The position numbers and the translations under genes were made by a program. DNA of 64,000 nucleotides from Acidobacteriota bacterium (GTDB taxonomy: Bacteria > Acidobacteriota > Thermoanaerobaculia > Multivoradales > UBA5704). Shown piece after piece: positions 9,600 through 17,250 of this stretch; position 1 is the first letter of the stretch; each line of letters starts with the position of its first letter. The stretch covers positions 1-64,000 of the forward strand of contig JBDTZG010000010.1 of assembly GCA_040005235.1 (NCBI GenBank), in the 5' to 3' direction. The notes beneath the pieces are model-generated. The model had not been told where the DNA came from, did not search any database, and worked only from the letters and a program-made list of their open reading frames with translations.

Positions 9600-11729
9600 A
9601 TGAGATCCATCATGAAACGCCGGTCACGTTGGTTGAGTTGGTCGTTCGCAGTCGCAATTCTGTGCGCAGGCTGCCAGATTCGTCCCCAAACCCCCGTCGA
9701 TGTTCAAACCGCCGTCAAGCAGTCTTATCCAGCCTGGTCGTTCATCGGCCTCAAGAGCAACCCCGACAAACAATGCCCCGGGATTGATGAGAAAAACTGG
9801 GAGGTCCACGAGCTCTTCGAAAAGCCTGGCCAGGCTTTGGGGAAGGCCGAAGCGCCTCTGAGAGAAGCCGAGGAATCCCTCACGGCTGGTAGTCGTTCCA
9901 AAATTGCGATACCCGATCCATTCGGACACACCAACCGAACCTTGGAACAGGTCCGAACGGACATGAAGCGATTCTGCCTCTATCGCTGGATCGGCGCTGA
10001 GGGGAAGGCACGCATTCCAATCGGATCGATCGCTGACCTGGCCCGGCTCGACGCCGATCCGATGGCTTTGGCCACATCCGCCGAGCCGGCGCTCGCTCGG
10101 GTCCTTCAGCCCCGTCTTTCAGATCATTTTTTCCGCGAGGTCGGCCGCACCGGAATCTCGCTGCCGATCGACGAGAAGGCGCCGAAGGTTCGTCTGGCGT
10201 TCCTTGACAACTTCCCGACGACCCCCGATGGAGATGGCCCTCCCGCCGACGTGGAGGAGTCCCCTCCCGCCGTAGGATGCCCCTCCAATCATGGAGATTT
10301 CCTACGTCTCCTCGGGCGGGCAATGACCTGCGAGGATCAAGGTTGCGCAGCCGAGATCCGTAGCCGCCTCGCGTTGGCCTATCGAAAGTTCGATCCGACC
10401 AGCGGATTCCTTTCGAAGCGCAGTACCGAATGCGGTGGGTATTTCGGCAACCTGGAGGACCTGGCACAGGCCATCCGGGAAGAGGTCCAGGACTGGCAGA
10501 AAGCAAACGCCCAGCAAGAGAAACCGAGTCCGCTCGTCTTAAATCTTTCGCTCGGCTGGGATGGTCGCCTATTCGGCGGCATCACCCAGAACGGGGATAA
10601 TGTTCCTTTCTGCAAACTCCCCGCGGGGCAACGAGCCGTTTACGACGCGCTGGACGAAGCTCACATCCTTGGGGTGCTGGTTTTCGCAGCGACCGGCAAT
10701 GACAGGGGAGGCCCGGTGCCGCTGGAAGGCCCTCTTTTGCCAGCCGCTTGGGAGCGGACGACGCCGGGAGAGGCCGAGGCCTGCGAGGGGGTGCAACGAG
10801 ACTACCCGTTGGTCTACGCCGTTGGCGGTCTGCGATCCGACGACCAGCCCTTGGCCAATGCCCAGCGACCCGGCGCTATGCCGAGCCTCGCCGCGTACGG
10901 CGACCATGCCGCCCTGGGCGCCTCAGGTCCCTATTGGCCGACCGGAACCTACACCGGAACTTCCGTCGCCACCGCGATCGTCTCTTCGACCGCCGCGGTG
11001 ATCTGGCATGCCAATCCCACCAAGAGCGCGGAGCAGGTGGTAAAGATACTCCGCAGCACACTTCCCGTCTCAGGGCTCCAGGCTGGCTTTGGGTTTTCAC
11101 CGACCGGCGCGCTCGCCGGACCGAATTCGGTTTGGCGAGTGTCCCTCTGCTCGTCACTCGCAATGGCCGGTAATTCGCTGGGCACCTGCTGCGCGCCTCA
11201 AAAACCCAGGCCGCCGCAACTCTCCCACCTGCTCAATCTGCCGCCGGGAGAGGCTTGGCCAGCCCTCACTCCGCGGGAGATTCCGAAGTGCAAAGGCCCA
11301 AACTCCACCGAGCCAGTAAATCCAGCGCCCGATGTCGACGTTTACTGTCCTTCAGACGCATTGCTCGACATCGGATCGATCCCGGCCGCTCATCCGCAGC
11401 CTGGAAACGACCCTTGCCCCAACTGCGCTGATCCTCCCCGCAGGGCGTTGGCGTTACTGACCCCGACCACGGAGCATGTTCTCTATCTCGAGATCGCACC
11501 CAACTGGCCCGAGGATCGAGAATTGCTTTCCGCGACGTTCGAGACCAATACTGCAGATCACTCGTCCTACTTCATCAAAGGTCCTTTCCTCCGGGGAGCG
11601 GCTCGCGAAGTGGTCCTGCCGGGAAGTATCTTCCCCTTCAATTCGGATACGAAGGCAATGATCAGCTGGAGAGTTCTGATTGATGGTGTTTCTTACTCCT
11701 TGCGAACTCCCGTGTTCATCGCGAACTGA
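9600..11729 (+). CDS. S8 subtilisin-like serine protease, probable lipoprotein, Cys-rich
   Basis: Lipobox-like CAGC. Catalytic LAFLD, NHG and GTSVATAIVS motifs, VLNLSLGW, and oxyanion AATGN. Alternative start at 9612. Confidence 0.85.
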   Translation: MRSIMKRRSRWLSWSFAVAILCAGCQIRPQTPVDVQTAVKQSYPAWSFIGLKSNPDKQCPGIDEKNWEVHELFEKPGQALGKAEAPLREAEESLTAGSRSKIAIPDPFGHTNRTLEQVRTDMKRFCLYRWIGAEGKARIPIGSIADLARLDADPMALATSAEPALARVLQPRLSDHFFREVGRTGISLPIDEKAPKVRLAFLDNFPTTPDGDGPPADVEESPPAVGCPSNHGDFLRLLGRAMTCEDQGCAAEIRSRLALAYRKFDPTSGFLSKRSTECGGYFGNLEDLAQAIREEVQDWQKANAQQEKPSPLVLNLSLGWDGRLFGGITQNGDNVPFCKLPAGQRAVYDALDEAHILGVLVFAATGNDRGGPVPLEGPLLPAAWERTTPGEAEACEGVQRDYPLVYAVGGLRSDDQPLANAQRPGAMPSLAAYGDHAALGASGPYWPTGTYTGTSVATAIVSSTAAVIWHANPTKSAEQVVKILRSTLPVSGLQAGFGFSPTGALAGPNSVWRVSLCSSLAMAGNSLGTCCAPQKPRPPQLSHLLNLPPGEAWPALTPREIPKCKGPNSTEPVNPAPDVDVYCPSDALLDIGSIPAAHPQPGNDPCPNCADPPRRALALLTPTTEHVLYLEIAPNWPEDRELLSATFETNTADHSSYFIKGPFLRGAAREVVLPGSIFPFNSDTKAMISWRVLIDGVSYSLRTPVFIAN

Positions 11730-11747
11730 CCGTCCACTTTCCTCTCA

Positions 11748-11777
11748 AGCCCCGCCCGCCCGGGCGGGGCTATTCTC
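11748..11777 (+). terminator. Hairpin, possible intrinsic terminator
   Basis: 10-bp perfect stem AGCCCCGCCC / GGGCGGGGCT after the S8 stop. The T-tract is weak. Confidence 0.5.
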
Positions 11778-11820
11778 GCCTGTATACCTTGATACCCTTT
11801 TTCATCAAATCTCCTTCAGA

Positions 11821-11852
11821 TTGTCAAGAAATTCTCATGCGCAGCAAACACC
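11821..11852 (+). promoter_or_regulatory. Candidate ECF promoter, copy 3 (upstream of the small-protein pair)
   Basis: TTGTCAA-16 nt-GCAAACACC. Confidence 0.72.
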
Positions 11853-11987
11853 TCTTCGAAGGCGCTGACCTGAAATCAGGCGGCGAGGCTTACGGGTACG
11901 GAGTCAAGACCGCAGTCGACTCGAGCAACGATCTGCGGCTCGATCTTGGTTGGCCACCTTCTCACACAAAAAGCAAGGAGAGCTGAA

Positions 11988-12239
11988 ATGGCGTTCAACA
12001 ATGTTGGGTTTGGAACGATCGCGCCTGGAACAAGTCAACGCTGGTTCTATTCCTTCGGCGGCACGGATCACGGAGCGCAGTACTGCATGGCCAATCCGCT
12101 GAATCCCGGGGCCTGCCTTCAGGTGAACGATCAGACCAAGTGCAAGAACAGCGACGGTACCATCACCTACTGGGTCACCATCCGAAACATCGGCAGCTTC
12201 ACGACCAACTTCAACATTCAAGGCGGCGGTCTGTCTTGA
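11988..12239 (+). CDS. Small (83 aa) beta-rich hypothetical protein
   Basis: AAGGAG RBS and ATG. Gly/Asn/Thr/aromatic-rich, 3 Cys, ends QGGGLS, no signal peptide. Confidence 0.8.
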   Translation: MAFNNVGFGTIAPGTSQRWFYSFGGTDHGAQYCMANPLNPGACLQVNDQTKCKNSDGTITYWVTIRNIGSFTTNFNIQGGGLS

Positions 12240-12255
12240 CCGAGGAGAGCCAAAA

Positions 12256-12507
12256 ATGAAAATGACGATCATCGTCGATGCCGCCGGAAGAGTCGTAGGC
12301 GCAACTCAGTCGGTGGCCATCGCGAAGGGCGCAAAGGCTTCTACGATCGAAGCCGGAGTCGTCGCGGATCCAGGCCAGAGCGTTCATGAGGTCGAGGTTT
12401 CCGACGAAGTGGCACACCTGGCGGGGCCGGATCTTCTCGAGCGTCTGGCAGGCGAAGGCGGCCTGAAGAAGGCCTTGAAGTCACTCGTAACCGCAGGCCA
12501 GGCGTAG
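12256..12507 (+). CDS. Small (83 aa) hypothetical protein
   Basis: GAGGAG RBS, 16 nt after the previous stop, protein-like composition. Confidence 0.75.
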   Translation: MKMTIIVDAAGRVVGATQSVAIAKGAKASTIEAGVVADPGQSVHEVEVSDEVAHLAGPDLLERLAGEGGLKKALKSLVTAGQA

Positions 12508-12625
12508 CGGTTTCAGAGCGGTTCAGGAAGGCAAGAGGGGCGCCGCATCGCTTGCGGCGTCCCTTGATGCGTCTGTCCCGCTTCCTCAATTGGCCTCCCG
12601 GAATTCCTTTCGTTTCACCTTTTCC

Positions 12626-12657
12626 TTGTCAAACATTCCTCGCCCCAAGCAAACACC
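12626..12657 (+). promoter_or_regulatory. Candidate ECF promoter, copy 4 (upstream of the metalloprotease)
   Basis: TTGTCAA-16 nt-GCAAACACC. Confidence 0.72.
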
Positions 12658-12742
12658 CTGACAGGGGACCAAAACCTCCGCGGGCGCATCGCCTTCGGGA
12701 AACCACCCCACGGGCCGAGCGCCCGGTCAGGAGAAAATCATC

Positions 12743-14809
12743 ATGTCTTCGGCAGACCCCACTGCGGCGGATGACCGCGATAACCTTTCTTTGGAAGAGA
12801 TGGACGGAGCGATGGTCCTGGCCGATGGCGTGGGCCAGGTACCGAGTGGCGACCCGAGCCAGGGGGACGAAGCGGACGGGGCGGCGATCAGCTTGCCCTC
12901 ATTGGTCCGCCCGGTCAGCGGCCGCTATCGCAATACGACCGGCGGCTTGCAGCTTGAGCTGCGGGTGGACGTCGACCGCGCCCGACCGATGAAGCGGGTC
13001 TCCGGCGACTTCTACTTCACCAGCGGCTCGACCACCAGCTACTTCGGCTCGTTCGCCGTCAACTCCCCCTCCATCACGGTCACCGTCACCGACGTCACGA
13101 TCAAAGGCCTCGGCAGCTTCACCTGGGCGGCCGGCGCGCCGGTGGTTCAGGTCACCATCCCGCGGCGAACGATCTTTCAGCCGCAGGCACCGGCCACGCT
13201 CCGTTTCTTCCAAACCAACGGATCGCCGGGCGCGGTCTATGTCTGCACGTTCGAGTCGATCTACTTCCGCACCGTGCGGATCGAAACCGATCGCGTGTCG
13301 GACGTCTCGACCCCCATCCTCGCCAGCTACAACACCGGCTCGCTGCCCTCCGGCGGCTCCGCGAGAAACTTGAGTGTCGTGTCCGCCTATGCCGAAGCCG
13401 GCATTCAGATGATCCCGACCGCGGGGAGCGATGTGATCAACGTCGGCGAGGCCGGCGGAAACTCGATTTGGAGCAATGCCGAGCTGCACGCCTCGATGCA
13501 GCAGCACTTCACCCTTTGGAAGGATCTCCCCCAGTGGGCGGTCTGGCAGCTAGTGGCGCAGAACCACGAATTCGGGTCGGGACTCTACGGCATTATGTTC
13601 GATCAGCAGGGCAAGCAGCGCCAGGGATGCGCCGTGTTCCACGCCGGGATCGGCGGCACGACCGCCGACAAGTTGCGCCTACAGCTCTACACCTACGTCC
13701 ACGAGCTCGGTCACTGCTTCAACCTGCTGCACTCCTGGCAGAAAAGCCTTGCCAATCCCCCGGCGCTCAACCGGCCCGCCGCCCTGTCCTGGATGAATTA
13801 CCCGTGGTATTACCCCTTCGGCAACTCCTCCGGCAACGCCGCAGCCTACTGGGCGAGCTTCCCGTTCCAGTTCGACAACGAAGAGATCGTCCACCTGCGC
13901 CATGCCTTCTACAACAACATCGTGATGGGCGGTAACAACTTCATCGTCGGTTCGGCGCTCGGCCGCGACGTGCTGGCCGATTCGATTCGCGACGATTCGG
14001 GGCTCACGTTCACGATTTCCACCCACCAACGGAGCTTCGCGCTCGGTGAGCCGGTGGTGGTCGAGCTGGCACTTTCCACCTACGACCCGCGCGGGCGCCG
14101 CGTCCACAAATGGCTTCACCCGAACTGCGGCCTGGTCAAGATCGTGGTCGAGAAACCGAGCGGCGAAGTGGTCGGCTACGAGCCCGTCATCGACCATCTG
14201 GTGGGCGAGAACGAAACCATCCTCTACCCGGGCGAGCAGATCACCGACAGCGCCTACATCGGCTTCGGCAAAGAGGGTCTCACCTTCGACCAGCCCGGCA
14301 ACTATCGGCTGCGCGCCGTCTACGCTGCGCTCGGCGGCTCGCAGGTCCTGTCGGAGATGCTCGACCTACGCGTCCGGTATCCGGTCACGGCGGCAGCTGA
14401 AGAGCTCGCCGATCTGTTCATGGGCGACGAGCAGGGAACGTTGCTCTATCTGCTCGGCTCGGATCACGAGTCGCTGCGGCGCGGCAACGATGCGTTCGAT
14501 CTGGTGCTCGACAAACACGGCAAGAGCGACCTTGCGCAATACGCCCGCCTGGTCAAAGGGGTGAACGCGGGCCGGGCGTTCAAGACCGTCGATCGGGACG
14601 CGTCGGCCGGCGTTACGGTGCGTCCGGCGCAACCGGAGGAGAGCGCGAGCCTGCTCTCGGCCGTCGCGTCGTCCGGGGTTCTCGATAGGGTTTCGAACGA
14701 GATGGTGCTCACCCAGCTCGCCGCGGTCCAATCGCTCGGCGGCAATCCGGAGGCCGCCGCCACGACCTTGGGCAAACTTTCGGCGAAGAAGACCCGCGGT
14801 CCAAAGTAG
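12743..14809 (+). CDS. Zinc metalloprotease (metzincin-like), no signal peptide
   Basis: HELGHCFNLLH (HExxHxxxxxH) and a Met-turn-like SWMNYP. AGGAG RBS. Confidence 0.85.
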   Translation: MSSADPTAADDRDNLSLEEMDGAMVLADGVGQVPSGDPSQGDEADGAAISLPSLVRPVSGRYRNTTGGLQLELRVDVDRARPMKRVSGDFYFTSGSTTSYFGSFAVNSPSITVTVTDVTIKGLGSFTWAAGAPVVQVTIPRRTIFQPQAPATLRFFQTNGSPGAVYVCTFESIYFRTVRIETDRVSDVSTPILASYNTGSLPSGGSARNLSVVSAYAEAGIQMIPTAGSDVINVGEAGGNSIWSNAELHASMQQHFTLWKDLPQWAVWQLVAQNHEFGSGLYGIMFDQQGKQRQGCAVFHAGIGGTTADKLRLQLYTYVHELGHCFNLLHSWQKSLANPPALNRPAALSWMNYPWYYPFGNSSGNAAAYWASFPFQFDNEEIVHLRHAFYNNIVMGGNNFIVGSALGRDVLADSIRDDSGLTFTISTHQRSFALGEPVVVELALSTYDPRGRRVHKWLHPNCGLVKIVVEKPSGEVVGYEPVIDHLVGENETILYPGEQITDSAYIGFGKEGLTFDQPGNYRLRAVYAALGGSQVLSEMLDLRVRYPVTAAAEELADLFMGDEQGTLLYLLGSDHESLRRGNDAFDLVLDKHGKSDLAQYARLVKGVNAGRAFKTVDRDASAGVTVRPAQPEESASLLSAVASSGVLDRVSNEMVLTQLAAVQSLGGNPEAAATTLGKLSAKKTRGPK

Positions 14810-14889
14810 AACCGTAGAGGCGAGTATGCTTCCGCGGGCCGGGTTCCGTGCCCGGCCTGCGGTTTTCCCCTGGAGAAGAGAGGTTTACC

Positions 14890-15183
14890 ATGCGTCTAAA
14901 CGTCAAGTTGCGCGACGGTTTCCTGAACGATACGGTCATCGCCACCGTGAACGGCAAAGAGGTTTTTCAAAAAGCCGGAGTGCAGACCGACCTTTCCCTC
15001 TCGTTCGCGGATGGTTTCGAGATCGAGGTCGAAGATCCGGAGGTCGAGCTGGGAGTCGCCGTAGCGGGCGGACCGCGGGCGACGCGGAAGGTTCGGCTGG
15101 CCGAGACACCGTTCGTGGAGGTCAGTAAGAACGCCGGGGATCTGGAGATCCGCGCCTCGGCGGAAGAGGTTCCGATGATGTGA
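14890..15183 (+). CDS. Small acidic beta-rich hypothetical protein
   Basis: GAGAGG RBS, 97 aa, directly downstream of the metalloprotease. Confidence 0.7.
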   Translation: MRLNVKLRDGFLNDTVIATVNGKEVFQKAGVQTDLSLSFADGFEIEVEDPEVELGVAVAGGPRATRKVRLAETPFVEVSKNAGDLEIRASAEEVPMM

Positions 15184-15235
15184 GCCGTTTCGGCTCGTTG
15201 CGTCCGTCTCTTGATAGAGGGGAGGGAAAGTTCTC

Positions 15236-16624
15236 ATGACACCCAGAAACCACTTCACCTGGCCGCCGCCCGGCGACGAGGACAAGCAGTTCCATAACGA
15301 GGTCGCGGCGCCTGCGGTGATCTTGCAGGCGCTCGGGGCGGACATCACAGTTAACCCGCCGCGCGAAAACCTCGCGCAGGCGCGGCTCGCTTCGCGGCCG
15401 AAGTCGTTGGCAGAGTGGCTCGAGACGAAAGATTCCGACGGTTCCGGCCTGGCGTTGGGCGGCGGCCGAAGCTGGAATCATCCGCAACTCTTAATGGCGG
15501 CGCGCGGCCTGGTGCTCGGCGATTGGGGCGACGCGGGCAAGCTGATGGCGATGCAGGCGGGGCGAATCCCCGGCGATGGGATGGAGGCATTTCTCGACGG
15601 CGAGGAGCCGCGGAGCACCGATTACGATCCGTACCGCTGGGCGGCCGGGCTGATCTTTGCGAGCGACAAAGCGCCGGCCGAAATCCGGGAGGATGCGCGG
15701 ACGGTGCTGCGGCGCCAGATGGGCCTGGCTCTCCTCGGTGCGGTCGCCTGGACCGACGAAGGGGACGAGTTCCGCAATGCCAAGGGCGCGCCTTACTATC
15801 GGGGCCCCACGCTTTCGCCGGTTGGCGAACGATCGCCGAAGACTTCGAATCCAGACCTGCTCGGTCTGTTTTGCCGCCTCGTCCTGGGCCGTGACGACCT
15901 TTGTGATCGCGACGGGTGGGCCTGCACGGTAGCCGACCTCGTCGGCATCGAGGCGCTCTTTTCGCCGCTCGATCTCGAGACGATCCACATGCCGAACCCG
16001 GCCCTCAAGTTGATCGACGACGCGAAAGTGCACGGGGAGTTCCGGTTCGTCGAGTACCCGGAAGGGCGCCTGGTGATGCGCCCGAACCAGCTGAACTCGA
16101 ATACCCCTTCGGCTCTCTGGAGCTTTGCCGACCATGTGACGAAGCGGCAGGTGCGCGGCTTCCCGTTCGATCCGAGCCGGAAGAACCGCGGCGCAGGCGC
16201 CCCCAGGTCGGTGGGATGCACGATCGAGGACGGCGAAGTCGTCGCGCGGAGCACCGACCCGCAATTCACCGCGCGGTTCAAGCTCCCGACGTCCGAGCCG
16301 CTTTGGACGGTCGTGATCGACGGCAACGGCGCCCGATTCGAAACCGGCGTCGGAACGCCACCCGGACCGGTCACTCCTCCCCTGCCCGATTCCCCGCCGG
16401 TCGATCGGCCTCCGGTCCCCGAGATCGACATCGAGGGAATCGTCGCCCAGGTGATCGCCCTCGGCGCACAGGACGACCAGACCGATCCGGCCGTGGCACT
16501 CGTGAGGGCCGAGGATTGGCAGGCGGCGAGCGCAGCCATCGGCGGCATGTTGGTGCCGAAAAAACGGATACCCGTCCGGGACGCCCTCGCCAAGCGGCTG
16601 GCGGATCTGGCGGAGGACGACTAG
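15236..16624 (+). CDS. Hypothetical protein with Pro-rich linker and short helical C-terminal domain
   Basis: 462-codon ORF with GGAGG RBS and GC-rich third positions. No motif recognised. Confidence 0.75.
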   Translation: MTPRNHFTWPPPGDEDKQFHNEVAAPAVILQALGADITVNPPRENLAQARLASRPKSLAEWLETKDSDGSGLALGGGRSWNHPQLLMAARGLVLGDWGDAGKLMAMQAGRIPGDGMEAFLDGEEPRSTDYDPYRWAAGLIFASDKAPAEIREDARTVLRRQMGLALLGAVAWTDEGDEFRNAKGAPYYRGPTLSPVGERSPKTSNPDLLGLFCRLVLGRDDLCDRDGWACTVADLVGIEALFSPLDLETIHMPNPALKLIDDAKVHGEFRFVEYPEGRLVMRPNQLNSNTPSALWSFADHVTKRQVRGFPFDPSRKNRGAGAPRSVGCTIEDGEVVARSTDPQFTARFKLPTSEPLWTVVIDGNGARFETGVGTPPGPVTPPLPDSPPVDRPPVPEIDIEGIVAQVIALGAQDDQTDPAVALVRAEDWQAASAAIGGMLVPKKRIPVRDALAKRLADLAEDD

Positions 16625-16640
16625 AGGGTTCGAAAGCTAC

Positions 16641-16670
16641 GCTCTCACCCCCGACCTCGGGGGTGAGGGC
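16641..16670. terminator. Hairpin (terminator or REP-like)
   Basis: CTCACCCCCGA / TCGGGGGTGAG stem between two genes. Confidence 0.4.
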
Positions 16671-16695
16671 CGCCGCCTCTGCGATAATCACCCGC

Positions 16696-17250
16696 ATGCT
16701 CCCCATCCGTCTGCTCGCGATCTCCGGCAGCCTGCGCGGGGAATCCTCGAACGGCTCGCTGCTGCTCGCGGCGCAGGCCCTGGCGCCCGAAGGGGTGGAG
16801 GTCGTTCTCTACGGCGGAATGGGCGACCTGCCACTGTTCAATCCTGACCTGGACGAAGATCCGGGGCCGCCCGCGGTGGTCGATCTGCGCGACCAGCTCC
16901 GCGCCGCGGACGGCGTGATCATCTCGTCGCCCGAGTACGCTCACGGTGTTCCGGGGGCACTGAAGAACGCGCTCGACTGGGTGGTGGGAAGCGGCGAGCT
17001 GGTGGACAAATCCGTGGCGCTGTGGAACGCCTCCCCCACCTCCACCTACGCGCACGCGGCGCTGGTCGAGATTCTCACGGTGATGAGCGCGAGGCTGCTG
17101 CCCGAAGCGTCGATCGCGATTCCGCTCCGGCGCGGCATGAGCGCCGAGGAGATTGCGGAGGATTCGGATTTCGCCGAGATGATCCGCGCGGCGCTGGCGG
17201 GGTTTTCGGCACCCGGGATCAGCCCGGTAGCGGAACGAGCCGTTCCTTGA
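16696..17250 (+). CDS. NADPH-dependent FMN reductase
   Basis: ISGSLR..SSN, LPLFNPD and SPEYAHGVPGALKNALDW motifs. Confidence 0.92.
   Translation: MLPIRLLAISGSLRGESSNGSLLLAAQALAPEGVEVVLYGGMGDLPLFNPDLDEDPGPPAVVDLRDQLRAADGVIISSPEYAHGVPGALKNALDWVVGSGELVDKSVALWNASPTSTYAHAALVEILTVMSARLLPEASIAIPLRRGMSAEEIAEDSDFAEMIRAALAGFSAPGISPVAERAVP

Noticed and set aside
11853-11975. Possible c-di-GMP-I riboswitch in the leader of the small-protein pair
   Set aside because: A GAAA hairpin is present, but the conserved GCAAA/P2 elements do not line up. An Infernal/Rfam scan would be needed to support it.
15916-16695. N-terminal extension of the FMN reductase ORF (444-aa version)
   Set aside because: It overlaps the 15236-16624 gene in another frame. 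The family domain starts at ATG 16696.
17219-17250. Convergent overlap of dnaE and the FMN reductase gene
   Set aside because: Short 3' overlaps are common in GC-rich genomes.
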